Notes: generated by a model not told the origin, from the sequence alone. DNA of 64,000 nt from Azolla caroliniana (GCA_043228905.1 JBHGNT010000015.1:13206001-13270000), one strand, 5' to 3'; shown: positions 43,788 through 58,569, counted from the first letter of the stretch. Numbers and translations: made by a program.

Positions 43788-45770
43788 GTGACGATCCATG
43801 ACCGCTACCCGCTCCCTCGCGTGGACGACCTCTTGGACCAGCTCGAGGGCTCCCGTTATTTCACCTCCCTCGACTTAGCCTCGGGATATTGGCAGATCCC
43901 CTTAAAGTCGTCTGACGACCACAAGACCGCATTCCGCACACGACGTGGCCTGTTCCAGTTCACCCGCATGTCGTTTGGCCTGTCTGACGTCGGCAACACA
44001 TTCCATGGGGAAGCACTAGCCTCCGTTTTCTTGGCTTCATCATCTCTGGCGATGGAATCCGTATGAACCCTACAAAGGTAGTTGCCATCACCGACTACCC
44101 CCGCCCCACCTCAATAAAAACATTGCAACGTTTTTTGGGCATGATCACCTTTTCCCTTCGCTTCATCCCGAACCTCGCCTTGGTCACTTTCCCCCTCCGT
44201 CATCTCTTGAAGAAAGGTGTGTCATTCGTTTGGGATCCTGCTTGCGAAGACAGCTTTCGTCGCCTCAAAACAATAGTCCAAGAATTAGGTTTACGCGCCC
44301 ATCCTAACTTTGACCAGTCGTTTACGTTGTAGACAAATGCCTCTAACCATGGGTTAGGAGCCGTCCTCCTGCAAACCGATTGCCACTGGCAAGAGAAGGC
44401 AGTCGCCTTCATTAGCCAAACTCTCACGCCGGCTGAACGGAACTACTCAACCACTGAGAAGGAACTACTTGCGATCGTCTGGTCTTTCCAGCGTCTTCAC
44501 CCATACCTTCATGGCGGGTAGGTTACGGTTGAGACTGACCACCAGCCCTTACTTTCTCTGATTCATCGACCTCACCCCCTCGGCCGCTTGTTGCGATGGA
44601 CATTGGCACTTCAAGATTATCAGTTTACCCTCTCCTATCGAAAAGGTGTAACCAATTTGGTCGCCGATAGTCTCTCTCGCGCCGATTTCCAAGCTGTCCA
44701 ATTTCTACCCGCGACATCTGACCTTCCACTGCCACTACCACAACTCGCTAAACTTCAGCAACACGACCCTGCCATCTGAGAGATAACCCATCAATTGCGC
44801 TCCCTCCAACCATTTCCCTCACAACGACGGTTCATGCTCCGCGATAACTTGGTGTTCTTCATTCAGGCACATCACGAGCCGCGTCTCTACATCCCTCATG
44901 CCCTACAACAAACGTATCTCCAATTTTATCACGACCACCCATTGTCGGGTCATCTGGGTTTCCACAAGGTTCTTGAAAAATTACGTCTCAAGTATTATTG
45001 GCCCAACATGTGACACTCTGTCTCTACCTACATCAACCAATGTGCTTTGTGTCAACACATCAAACCCGCGAGCAGGCCCGCCGGAACGCTCCAACCCATC
45101 ACCGTCACATCGCCTTTCGAGCTCGTCGGATGGGATTTCATGGGACCTTTTCCTGAAACCCCCAGTGGCAACAAGTATATCCTGGTCATAACAGAATACC
45201 TCACCAGATGGGTTGAAACGGTTGCCATCCCTGACGTCACTACGCCAACAATCGCATCCCAACTTTTGCACAAGGTAATTTTTCAACATGGTTGCCCTGT
45301 CCAACTCTTATTTGATCAGGGCCGCCAGTTCCATGGGGACGTCCTCAACGCAGTTGCAACTCAACTAGGTGTCCAACAGGTGTTTACATCCCCATACCAT
45401 CCGCAAACAAACGGCCTCACCGAAACGCCTCAACAAGACCCTCAAGCAGGAGATTGCCGCTTACATCGATCCAGGCCACAAAACCTGGGATCAAATCTTG
45501 CCTTTCGTCACCCACGCCTACAATACATCCGTTCAAGCGTCAACGCGAATCAACCCTTTTCGAGCACTCTATGGGCGTGGCCCTCGGCTCCCACCAGAAC
45601 CGTCCATTGACGTCCATTCCAAACCTACCAACATGGATGGTGCCATTTGGGGGCTCTATCTCCAACAACTGCTACCTCTCCTTCGACAAGCAAGCTCTCG
45701 AAACCTACAAGTCACACAACAACGCCAAAAGTGACACTACAACGTGGGTCGAATTACTCCGACTTATGAT
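43788..45770 (+). pseudogene. Degenerate Ty3/gypsy pol (RT-RNase H-integrase)
   Basis: DRYPLPRVDDLLDQL..LDLASGYWQI..KTAF; ERNYSTTEKELL; GHLGFHK; WDFMGP; SPYHPQTNG; stops, frameshifts and a deletion of the YxDD region. Confidence 0.9.
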
Positions 45771-46264
45771 GATCTACTTTCTTTATTTTAGATTCCTTTC
45801 TTTGGCACTATTATTCATTAACTACAATTCTTCTTTAACCACCATGCACTTTGTCATCTTGCATATTTGAAAGCATAGTACGTAAAATTCGTGTTCGTCA
45901 ACTATATCATTCGTTTTCCTACATTGGAAAACGAACACGAATTATATTCAAATATTCGTGTGTGTTTTTTTCTTCTTTTTTTGTTTTTTCCCTCTTTTTC
46001 CCTCTTTTTCCCCCTTTTCCCCCATTTGCTCTGCACATCAACACTCTCCTCTCCTCTCCTCTCCCATCTAGCCTTGAACGATCTGTTGCTTGAACCTTGA
46101 GCTTGCATCGTGCATACTAGTCATTAGTGAGTCAGTGACTACACATCTTCTCCGGGCCATTAATTTCTGCATACCAACGAGATTCATGTATGTTTAGGGT
46201 TAATAATAGGGTTTAAAGTTGTTTAAACTTTAGGTCATAGTATGTACTATGTAGTACAAAAATT

Positions 46265-46425
46265 TCTGTAATTTTTCAATAAATTTTGTAATTGTTTTGT
46301 AATAATTTTTGTACCTTTTTTGTAATTTTTGTAATTGTTTTGTAATTTTTTTGTAATTTTTGTAATTGTTTTGTAATTTCTGTAATTTCTTTGTAATTTC
46401 TATCATTTCTGTAATTTCTTTGTTA
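46265..46425. repeat. Low-complexity TTGTAATT-type tandem repeat
   Basis: More than a dozen TGTAATTT-like units. Confidence 0.8.
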
Positions 46426-46549
46426 TTAGAATTTACGAAAAAAGCATATTATTATGTATTAAGAAGGTAATGTGTTTTTTTTTTTGCAATTTTTTACCTT
46501 GAAAAAATATTTATCTTATAGTAAATAATTTATCCAAAAGTATGGTATT

Positions 46550-47720
46550 TATCATTCTTCGAGGGTGTTTACCATTCTCGGATGATTGAATCATTCTTGG
46601 GCACGAATGCACAAATTGTACGTATGGTTCAAACTTCGTACAATGAAAGAAAGAATAATAAAACTATATGCAAACCTAATGCTAAAAGGTTTGAACAAAT
46701 CGTTCTTACTAAATTTGTCAAACATTACCAAAGCATATCGCTTTTGAGTTATGAAAGTACTCATCTTCAAAGTTGATCGCAAAACAACATCAATCCATGT
46801 ACATTTGCAACATTTTCAATATATTAACTTAGAGCAATGGCTTGTGCATCATCTTTTAGAATGTATTTTCAATCATGTATTGCACCATATAATCTTGCAC
46901 TACATTTGATTGCCTTACTTGAATAACATCTTTTAGAATGGTAAACATGTAGTCTCTTGTCGTAATTTGACCACTTGTATCTCTTGATTTCAAAAACATT
47001 GTAATATGGATAAATGAAGCCAAAACATTAATTATTTGTCTATTCATAGTGTTTAACCAACCATCATTTGCAATAGTACACCCCTATGTGTTCAAAGACT
47101 CATTGAATCGTAAAGGCTCAAACTCAACATATTTGACTTGTTCATTTAAGTCCTTACGTAATCAGTGAGTAGATGGTGGTTTAAAAGAAGGACCCATAAT
47201 GCTAACAACTCAAAGTATATCATGGAAAAAAGGGCTTTCCACCTTTGCATGTGGAATATCTATTGCATAGAAAAACCTTGAAATGGTTTTTTTTGCATTT
47301 TTCCCAAGATATTTGTAAAGTCCCACTTGAGTGCAACTTTGTCTTTCTATTTCTGGAAGTACCTTTTAGATAGATTATACATGTCATTGGCTAAAATCCA
47401 CGTACAAATACAAACAATTACATCCACAATATCATTGACACACTCAAATGGATTTTCACTTGCAACAAGAAACCGTCAACGATAACTTTTGATTTGAGTT
47501 TCCATCAGTATTTGCAACAAGAAACCACTCTTCTAATTTGTTGTTTAAGGCTCTCACATAAATTCATCCATTTTTCAACACCTTGCACTTTTAATCCCAA
47601 TCAGTGTGCTTTGATATGTTGAGGGCCACCAACTAAACATGATTGCAATATTTGCATATCCTTGCATGCATATTTTTTTGAATGAACATATGATCCCATT
47701 CAAGACCCTTTTATTTGCTC
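46550..47720 (-). pseudogene. Degenerate hAT transposase (BED finger plus DUF659-like region)
   Basis: CKYCN; FFYAIDIP; GCTIANDGW..NRQIINVL..MFLKSRDTSG; many stops. Confidence 0.7.
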
Positions 47721-49616
47721 ATTTTTGTTATTAATCTTGATTTAAACCTTTATTACACAGTCAAAAACCTAAACTTTATGCAAAAACATGCATAGAAAGG
47801 AAGATTTTGATTTGTTTCTCATTGATTTTTCTACAAACAAAGCCATAATCTCATACATAAAAAAATTCATTTGTTTCTCATTGATGTTTTCACAAACAAC
47901 CTAGAATGTCAACATATAAACCCATTTTTCTTCTAGTTCTTGAATTGAACCTTCTTAAATAGAAAAAAACAATCCTAAATTATATATTGAAAAAAATCAC
48001 AAGCTTATGCATAAAAAGAATTTCAGTTGATTCTTGTGCACGTTTGTACATATTTACTAGGTAGTAAGGTTACCTTTAAAGGGTTCTTTCTAATTGCATG
48101 ATTAGAAGTACTCAATTATTCTCATTTTAGCATAGAACTTACTATGACATTGACTTAATTATAATTCATATTTATAAATTCATGTAATATTTAATTGTAT
48201 TAAGCACCCCAAATTGTCTTTGCATTTTCACATGTGATTGCTATAACAATAGATGCAAAATTAAGCATGAGAGTGTGAATGGGATTGATTCTCAATATAG
48301 AGAAGTTGATTATCGTGGCATTGTGTCAAAAGCCTCTCTTTATATTTAGAATAGTTTAGGGACAAAATGCACTACACTTTTCATCTTTGGTTTGTATTTA
48401 ATTATTCAATAATAGAACCTCTTGTTCACGAGAATTAGGCAAGTTTTCTGAGGTTTTTACTTACTACTATACTTCCATCATGCCAACCACCATATGCAAT
48501 TTGATGGTGGCAATTGACAAACTATTTAACCTCAACAAGGAGAACCTAGGGACTTGTGTGGTTCTCGAGAACATATCGGTTAGTCTCTACATTTGATCAA
48601 TGGAAAGGGAGAACCGGCATGCATCAATGATGAAACTACCTAGTTGCAACCAAGAGAAGCTATGTAGTAGTAGTTTTTTTCAAGGCATTTTGAAAAATCT
48701 ATAACTACTATGAATTAACATCAAACCTTGGGTTATGGGACAAGGGACATGCAATGCATATGCAATAGGAACTAAACCATTTTAGGAGATAGAAATAAGG
48801 GTTGTTGGACCTAAACAATTTGTTGCATCTTGAATGCAAACTCAGAGTTCTACTTAGGTCATAATCTACACCATACAAACACATAGGGCCGCGATATGCT
48901 GAGAAAAATCCCTCTAGCGAAGGAACACTTGGACATAATAGGAAGAAAGAAATCAACAAATCTCAATAACTTTAAGCCAGATTCATGTAAAGAAACAAAA
49001 TAGGAAAATAGAAACAATGACTCAAAATAGAAAGGATTTTTTTTTTTACTGAAATCAAGTAACTGTATTCATAAAAACAAATAAACCATCTACATCAAAT
49101 GAAAAAAAGAGGGAAAAGAAAATGGTTTAAAATAAAATAGCGGAGATATGTATCAACATAATTGATATTACAATTAAGTCTTTCTTGAGAGGTGGTGACA
49201 TTATATTTAGATTAAAAGAAGAGTTTTGATGATAAGAAGAAGAAATGGAGATGCAAACATTTGGAAGGGGAAAGGTGGAGTTAGATAAACCTATTGAAAA
49301 AGAGAATTCTTTATTTCTCCCACTTCTTAAATTTGAGAATAGCAAAATTTGTGGAACCGTTTTGAGATCTTATATGGGAGTTCATGAATGACGAGATGCA
49401 AGCTCTCTAAAAAATTCGACACGGGACCTTGTTCTAGCATTTCCACACAATAAGGTCATCAATTATTGACTCCAAATGGTCCCGTCACCTCGTAGAAAAC
49501 CCAACTAGTCCAAAAAAAATTTATGCCCAAAACCACACAGTCTAAGATGAGACTTTTCTCCCCATGGCAAAGTTGAAGGTTGTGTTGAAGATGTTGGATT
49601 TGTTGTTGTGAAGGGG

Positions 49617-49619
<3 letters not shown>

Positions 49620-49678
<59 letters not shown>

Positions 49679-50394
49679 CTATTATCGTCTTTGGAGGTCA
49701 AATATGACCTATGAGACAAAAAATGTTACATTTTACGTGATACATGTGAAAGTGAGTATCAACTCTTGATGTTCAAGAACTTTACCAATGAATGTTGCAA
49801 TCGAGAGTGCACATTATGGTTGTGAGAGAAATTCATGCAAGGATTGAGCTCGGTCGAAGATGTATGGAAAACATGGTCGAATATGATCAAAGGCAGAGCA
49901 TTGTATCAAAAGTGTAATACTTAGACTCTCGAACTTGTTTAGGGCAAAGTGTGTGTGGTCGACCACTCTCATCTTTTGTGCCCTAACACCCTGTCTTACA
50001 TCGCAATGGATGTGAGTTAAGTTGCACATAGATAGATAAATTCTATTAGCGTCTTTGGAGGTCAAATATAACCTATGAGACAAAAAATATTGCATTTCAC
50101 GTGATGTGTGAAAGTGAGTAGCCACTCTCGATGTTCAAGAACTTTACCAATGAATGTTGCAATTGAGAGTGCACATTTTGGTTATGAGAGAAATTCATGC
50201 AAGGATTGGGCTTGGTCAAAGATGTGGAAAGTATGGTTAAATATGATCAAAGGTAGAGCATTGTATCAAAGTGTGATACTTAGACTCTCAAACTTGTTTA
50301 GGGCAAAGTGTGCATAGTCGACCACTCTCATCACTTGTACCCCAACGCCCCATCTCACATCGCAATGCATGTGAGCTAAGTCTCATTTGAGCAG

Positions 50395-50430
<36 letters not shown>
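49620..50430 (-). mobile_element. Two tandem RTE/RTEX-like LINE 3' fragments bracketed by (GA)n microsatellites
   Basis: 49677-50030 and 50040-50395 each match 56538-56890; GA runs at 49620-49676 and 50397-50432. Confidence 0.85.
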
Positions 50431-50432
<2 letters not shown>

Positions 50433-50435
<3 letters not shown>

Positions 50436-53400
50436 GAGGGGAAAAAAGCGACGACGTTCCAAGAATAGTGTTGAAACATGTTTCTGATGTAACTTTGTAT
50501 GCAGAACTCTGTTTTTTATGATTTTTGGCTCGTTGCAAAGCTTCTTTAGAGAGCTTTTGAAGGATTATTTGGACATTAAGTTTCATTATCGTTACAAGAA
50601 GCTAAAAGAAAAATTGTCATAATCTCAGGTTAGTTCTCTCAATCTCTATTAGGATGGCTGACACAACAATAGGAAGTGAGTTGATGATTGTTGATGGATG
50701 TGGTAGTAATGATGGTTGTGAAAATTACAAGAAGCAAAAGTGTATCGATTCTACAAAACATGAGAAAACATCATATGCTGCTATTCTTGGTGGGAAAGAT
50801 GTTATTGTAGATGATTATGATATTGAGAGTAGTTGTGATTTTGTTAAGGCTTTGCTTTCTGATTTTGTGGAAAAAAATGAGAAAGATGCTAAAGATTGTG
50901 TGGAGGAGGATGTTGTAGAGGCCGTGATGGAGACCAAGTCTATGTTAGCAACTTTTGACAGGTTCTATGATCGTGGTGTTATTTTGTATTTCACTAGCAA
51001 ATTTTGTTTGATATAATGGATTAAGCAGTGGTTGAATTCATTCATAACACACAATTGTGTTGAGGATGTATATATGGGTCCAAGAGGTTTCTATGGTGTG
51101 TTTTTTGGATCGTCAGAACACCGTACGGCTTTTATGGAAAAGGTACCAATCTTTTTTGATAGAAGATTAGTGCATGTGATGGAATGGGTTCTAGTGGTGG
51201 ATTATAAAGATTTATTAAAACAACAATGTCCAATTTGGGTGACCGTTGATTGTAGTAATTCATTCTTTTGAGATTTACTACTAGGAGTGATGTCTCAAAT
51301 TGGTAAAGTTTTGATTGCTCCTTATATTAATTCGTTGAAAAAATGTAGATTTTGCATGTTATGGGATACAAGCTATAAACTTCCAAGATGGTTGAGTATA
51401 GATACATCTCGATTTGGTCGATTTCGTTTTAAGCTTCAATGGGAGACTTTTGCAGGACATTGTTTTTAATGTGGTAAATTGGGGCATTTTATGGTTGAAT
51501 GCCAATATCATGGTGAACTATCCCCAGAAAATAATGTCAAAGGGAAAAATAAGGAAGATGTTGAGAAGGATATTGTCTCAATGGTTGATATGGTCATGGA
51601 TGAGGGAACATCTCATCGGTTAGAGTGAGATCCTAAAGTTCATGGTCATGTTAGAGGTGTTGGGGAGGAGAATGGAGTATGTATTAATGACGACCCAGAT
51701 GTTGAAGATGGAGAGTGGCATCAAGTGAAGCATAAGATAAAAGGGAAGGGTGTTGCCATACAAAGGGACACACAAAATACTAACGGTAAGGCATTAACAA
51801 ATTTAAGATAATTTGAGATTGAATGAGGGGTTTAAGAAAAATACTTGGAAAAAACAAGTGCAAATTAGAGATTGTCCAACCAATTACAATTCGATTATTC
51901 AGGAAGGGTGGTATGACCTCAATTAAATCAAGGACTTCGTTCTTGTGGAGCGAGACAACAAAACCTAATATTGGTGGAGGGGATGTAGTACACATGAATC
52001 CTTATGCAGCTCTTGAACAAGTAGTTGGTACATTCATGAATACACTTGCTCATAAAGATCAAGTTCTTCCTAAAGGTGTTAAATGAAAGTGATATCATGG
52101 AATGTGAGAGGGGCATTTTTTGGTGATGGAAGTCAAGTATTTTGGGGATTTGATATGGTCGGTAGGAATCTATGCACCCAATAATGCTAATCAACGCATT
52201 GAGTTATGGTCTTCAATGTATCCATGGTTATTAGTGGGCCGTGTTGGTTTGTTATTGGGTGATGTTAATATGTGTGTTGATGCTTCAAAATCTACTTCAC
52301 AATTCTCATTGATGGATTCTCCTAAGAAAGCATTTTGGGACAAATTGGCATTAGAGGTTTTGAAGTTGGATGTATGGAAATGGTTGCATCAAGATGAGGT
52401 TGGGTTTACATTTCAGTCTATGCAAGATAAGGAAACATGCAGTAGGTTAGATAGAATGTATGTTATGCTTGATGAGTCCTTTTTGCCAGAGATGCTTAAT
52501 ATGTCAATTATGTAAGAGGTTGTGACATCGGATCATTTTCCCATACGTTTTGAGTTTAATAAACATGGGGTAGATATGTACAAAACATTGCTTGATCGAG
52601 TTCCTTTGAGGTTTACTTCTTCTTTATTATTACATTCCTTACTTGATGCCTATATGCAACAAATTTTTGGCATGTTTTCAGAACAAATTATTTCAAAAGG
52701 ATGGCATGCATGGGATACAACACTACAAAACATCAATGATATTCATCGTATGTATGGTATGACTAATGCTAAAAGTCGTACGAAATTGATTGATAAGTTT
52801 TCATATATTCTTACGCGATGCAATGTAATATTGATGAATAATTCGCATGATGAAGAGCTTTTGGATGTTCAAGTTCAAGTATAGGAAATTGTGAAGAATT
52901 TGTTTTGTCAAAGTTATCAACAGACAAGACCGCGTCAATTAAAGGAGGGATTTATCGATAATCAATCACAATCTCATATGTTTTTTCAAGGATTAAGACC
53001 ACCATATGCTCGTTCAAATGTGGTACAAATTAAGATAAGGGATGACATCGTTGTAGACCCAATCAAGGTTATTGAGTTATGTATGACTCATTTTAAGAAT
53101 TTGATTAGGCTAGAGTTGATTATTAATGAGGATGTGTTGAAAGCATGACAAGAGATTTATAATGTAATTGGGAGTGTTGTAAATACAAATATTTGTTAAG
53201 AATTGGATGCTGATTTTGAAGAAGCTGAGGTGGAAAATGTATTGTTACACCTTCCAAATGGTAAAAGCCCTCGTTGGGATGGTGTTACTTATGAAGTTTT
53301 TAAGAAGTATGCTGGCATGCTTAGGAGCCCATTCACACAAATGTTTCAGCAATCTTGGGATTCTAGTTTCATGCCTGAGAGCTGGAAGCTGGGCTTAATC

Positions 53401-54960
53401 AAATTGATACCAAAGGTACCATCTTCGGAGTCATTTCATCAATGGAGGCCTATTTCATTGATGGGAGGGTTGTACAAAGTGTTTGCAAAGATATTATCCA
53501 TCACACTTCAGAAGTTCTTACCTCAAATTATTCACCCATCTCAATATGGTTTTATTACAGGTAGAAATATATTGCATAATGTTTTGAATGTTCAAATGGC
53601 TACTGATTATGCTCAACATACACATCAAGAAATGGTTATGGTGCAATTATGTTTGGAAAAAACATATGATCATGTTAATTGGTCTTTCCTCTCCGGTGTG
53701 ATGTATAATATGGGGGTTGGTCCTCGTATGTGTCGACTTATCTTTTTGCTAGGGTAAAATGCAACCTCGCGTGTGATGCTTAATGCGGAGTTACTCCGAA
53801 AGTGTTTCTTACTAGATCCGTGCGACAAGGATGTCCACTAAGCCCATTGTTATTTCCTATTGTTACACATCCTTTGTTAGTAATGTTGTCAAATCTTGTG
53901 GCCAATGGTGATATTGTGGGTTTGCATCTTCCTTCTGGTGGACAATTGGTGGCACAAGCATTGGCTGATGATTCTTTTATGTTTCACAAGCCTCAAAAGA
54001 AAATCTTAAAACGAGTATGCAAGTTTGGGATCAATTTGCTTTGGCTTCAAGGTTATATATAAATTGGAGGAAGTGTCACCTTATTTCTTGTAGGGAGAGT
54101 GATTTGGAATGTTTGGGATGATGAGGGTTAGTGATTACACGAGGATCAATTTATTGACATTTGGGTTATCCATTAGGTGTTGATGTTACAAATGTGACAA
54201 TTGATTGATTGGATTGGTAGTAAATTGAAGGACAAATTTATGTATATTGGAAGTCTCAATTATGGCCCTTTCATGTACGACTCAAAGTGGTGCAATGTAT
54301 CTTGATACCCATGTTATTATATTTTTTGTCTTTACCTTGGACTAAGAAGGCATTACAAAACATGTTACAACCTATTCGGTCCATGTTGTCGCAAGAGGGA
54401 GAAATGATGGGAGTTACATGGATTTCATGGGACCATTTGGCTACTCTTAAAAGGTTAGGTGGTGCAGCAATATTGGATTTGGAAAGACATTTGATGGCTT
54501 GTAGATTTGCATTATTACGAGATATATGTCAAGAAGATCAACCATGGATATTTATGATGCAATATTTTATTGAGCATGAAGGATTGGTGCACAGGAAAAC
54601 AAAGATTCAATCATCCTGGTGGTCATTACTCAATGGAAGTATTCATCTAAAGATTCGACATTTTGTATGTGGACAACATTTGGTAAGATCGTGGCAAGAT
54701 ACATTATCTCTTTTTGAATGGGGACCATCAAGTGATCAAGAATATTGTAATTCATTACAAAATGAATTGCTTGTTTCTTCTCGAGTCTTGTTTTCGCATG
54801 GGAAAGAGAAGTTGAAACTTGAGATCTCAATTCAATCGTTTATTTCGATTGGGGATTGTACATTTGGAAGATGTGGTTGATAATGAATCTAAAAGGTTAT
54901 CGGATTTTGAAGATGCCATGCGATGGTTATGTATTCCCCAAAATCATAGATTGACATATT
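50433..54960 (+). mobile_element. Degenerate near-full-length L1-clade LINE: ORF1 about 50654-52086, ORF2 from 52083
   Basis: ORF1 CxxCGKLGHxxxEC knuckle; MKVISWNVRG, SRLDRMY and TSDHFP endonuclease motifs; WRPISL, RQGCPLSP and ALADD RT motifs; many stops. Confidence 0.88.
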
Positions 54961-55089
54961 CACATTCGTGGGGGTTACCAAACGAATGCATACAAATACA
55001 CATACGAATGCATGAAAAAATATCCGTTAAAAAAAAAGAAAATGAAAAAGAGTTCATACTTTTTAGTTTCTTAGATATATCATATAACA

Positions 55090-56070
55090 AAGAGACTTTC
55101 ACATTAAAAAGGGGATATCTAACTTCACATTAATAAGTAGACGTACACTAAATAATATTTTTATATGATAGATGGAAAACTTAAATGTAGTTGTTTTATT
55201 TTTAATAAATAATAAATAAAAGGTTCATTAATTCCCCACTTTTTACTCTCCCACACAAATTGATATTTTTATGTCATTAAAAGGGGACCTTACACTAATA
55301 ATATTTTTATAATACATATAAAACTTAAATGTATTTGTTTTATTTTTTAATAAAACAAAAAATAAATAAAATATTCCCATAAAATTTCATTTTTATCTCA
55401 CATTAAAAGGGAACCTCACACCAATAATATTGTATAATAGATATGAAACTTAAATTTATTTGTTTTATTTTTTAATGAAACAAAAAATAAATAAAAATAT
55501 GTAAATAAATAAAAGGCTCCTATCAAATTTCATATTTTTATTTCACATTAAAAAGGGGACCTCACACTAATAATATTTTTATAATAGATATAAAACTTAA
55601 ATGTATTTTATTTTTATTTTTTAATAAAACAAAAAAAATGAAAAAAATGAAAAAAAATAAAATAAATAAAAGGTTCCCATAAAATTTCATATGTTTATCT
55701 CACATTAAAAAGGGGACCTCATAGTAATAATATTTTTATAATAGATATAAAACTTAAATGTATTGTTTTTATTTTTTAATAAAACAAACAATAAATAAAA
55801 ATATGTAAATAAATAAAAGGTTCCCATAAAATTTCATATTTTTACCTCACATTAAAAAGGGGACCTCACACTTATAATATTTTTATAATAGATATAAAAC
55901 TTAAATGTATTCGAAAATAAAAAATAAAAGGTTCCCATCAAATGTCATATTTTTATCTCGCATTAAAAAGGGGACCTCACACTAATAATAATCTTATAAT
56001 AGATGAAAAACTTAAAAGTATTTGTTTTATTTTTAATAAACAAATATATAATAAATAAAAGGTTCGTTAT
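55090..56070. repeat. AT-rich tandem repeat, about 7 diverged units of roughly 115-170 bp
   Basis: CACATTAAAAGGGGACCTCACACTAATAATATTTTTATAATAGATATAAAACTTAAATG recurs. Confidence 0.85.
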
Positions 56071-56492
56071 TTCCCTATTTTTTACTATCTTTCCGACTCT
56101 TGACATTTTGCAAGTTTTAACCCATTGTTGTTTAAGACCTCAACAATGGGTTTTTTCTTAATATATTCAAAATGGTTCAAATTATGAGATGGATATATTG
56201 TTCCATTTTTTGCGTTATTGGGGTCTATAACACAATTGGAATATGCATAATGCTTTCATGTTTGATAATAGACATGGGGTGAACGCCTATAAAAAGAAGC
56301 TGAAAGGTATTCTCATGTGGAATTTTTGGATTTTAGAGCATGTGGGGATCATTTCCTCAAATGCATATTCAGGTTTTTTAATGGCATCATAAGATGCCCC
56401 TCTCCCTACATAGGCATATGATAGGTAGATGAGACTAAGACGTGTTGTAACTAAGTGGATTTTACATACAATTAATATAAATTGTGTGCTTT

Positions 56493-56542
<50 letters not shown>

Positions 56543-57138
56543 ATTATCGTCTTTGGAGGTCAAATATGACCTATGAGACCAAAAATATTATATTTTCACG
56601 TGATACGTGTGAAAGTGAGTAGTGACTCTCGATGTTCAAGAACTTTACCAATGAATGTTGCAATTGAGAGTGCACATTGTGGTTGTGGCAGAAATTCGTG
56701 CAAGGATAGGCTCGGTCGAAGAGACGTGGAAAGCATGGTTGAATATGATCAAAGGTAGAGCATTGTATCAAAGTGTGATACTTAGACTCTCAAACTTGTT
56801 TAGGGCAAAGTGTGCATAGCCGACCACTCTCATCACTTGTGCCCCAACACACTATCTCACATCACAATGCATGTGAGCTAAGTCGCATGGAAGCAATGGT
56901 TCGAATGGTAGATAACGGAATGGGCTTTACATGTATCGATGTGTACGGTTTCCCCATTCTACAAAGAATATGGTTTTGTAGTTAGGTGCAACATGTGCAG
57001 TATAATGTGTGAAGCATGAGCGTCCACCTTTATCCCATGTCATGATACATTGGCGTTGCAAAAAGGCCTCATTTATAGAGGAATCTAGCTGTGCATCATG
57101 AAGCAAGTGTCTTGCATCCCATCTACCAAACCGTTTTT

Positions 57139-58545
57139 CTATATCTTACATCCAATCAGAACACAAAATTTTGCTTTTATGTGTCTTTTGGATCTTTTTG
57201 CTTGCTTCCCATGCAATTCTAGGAAGTTGATGTGAGGGACTTTTTTGAACCTTAAGCATGTATTCAACAACCCTTTCGATGGCCATGATCTCAATGGAAA
57301 GTGATCCCGTCTCAACGAGGAGAAGGGTGTAGGGCGTTTATTTCTTAACTTGTAGAAACTTTGTAAGAAAATGTTTTTAGACATTTTCAAACTCTTTCCA
57401 CGTAGATTTAGGGATGCTACTGCCCCATACTTCCACCCCGTAAAGGGTGTCACCAAAGTGTCGAAAAGATATTTCTTGAGGACCCAACACTTAATATCTC
57501 CAAGATTGCATGTGTTCTCAAATGCATAATATGCTCGTTTACCCGCCTCTAAGCGGCGTGTAGCACATTCATTCCATCTATGATTTGAAGGAACTTCAAG
57601 ACCAAGATATTTGAAGCTTTCCACACATTCAAGTGTCTCATTGTTGTACATAATGCATGGTTTATCTCTTTTTTGGTTCTTCACAAGCATAATCTTTGTT
57701 TTAGAGCCATTGACACTTAATTTAGTATGCATGCAAATTTTTTCCAATGCCTTCGTAAGCTTTTGTGCATCTCCTAAAGTATTTGCAAAAAACACTACAT
57801 CATCTACATATAGCAAAAGCATAATCACAACATTCCCAATGGCAACTTCTTCAACACATTCTTCCTTTGCAAACTTGGTAACCATTTCTTCTAATTCATC
57901 AATGCATAGACCAAATAGTGTTGGTGAGAGCGGGCATAATTGCTTAACACCAATAGTGCTATCTCTCATATGCATACAACATATAACCTTCTCATAAATT
58001 AGGGAAATTGCAAGCATATATTCACTTGGCACCTCAAGTTCTTCCATTCGCCTCCAAAGATACTCACGAGGTACCATATCAAAAGGTTTCTTGAAGTCTA
58101 CAAAGCAACAATATAAGCCTTTACCTCTAACCCGACTTTCCTCCATTAATACTCGAAGGGTGACAAGGTGATCAATGATGCTATGGTGTTTTTGAAAGCC
58201 AGCTTGTCCATAAGCTCTCTTGCCATTTTTTTTCAGCCTATACACTTATCTTTGATTCCATTATACATCCAAATAGTTTTGCCATTAATGAGGCAACCAT
58301 GATGGTTCGATAGTTGTTTACATTATTTACATCTCCACCTTTATGTAAAGGTTTGATCCAATTTGTAGTCCAATCATATGGCATACCATGTTGCAATGCA
58401 TCATTAAACATATCCTTTATCCATACATGTGTTTCCTTTCCCATCCATTTGAGCATTTTAGCCTTTATACATTGAAGACCGCTTGCCTTTCGAGAGGCCA
58501 ATTTCTTAAGTCGTATGCATATATTTTCAATTGTAAAGAAGGGAG
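57139..58545 (-). pseudogene. Non-LTR reverse transcriptase (RTE/RTEX-like), disrupted
   Basis: NNYRTI; QAGF; FVDFKKPFD; GVKQLCPLSPTLF; LLYVDD; FKYLG. Confidence 0.88.
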
Positions 58546-58569
58546 ACATATGTGAAAGAGAACCATAAC

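Noticed and set aside
48250-48960. Possible Mutator or CACTA transposase remnant
   Set aside because: Too degraded to assign by eye
55090-56070. Possible CRISPR-like repeat-spacer array
   Set aside because: The intervening parts are homologous A-rich sequence, so this is a degenerate tandem repeat
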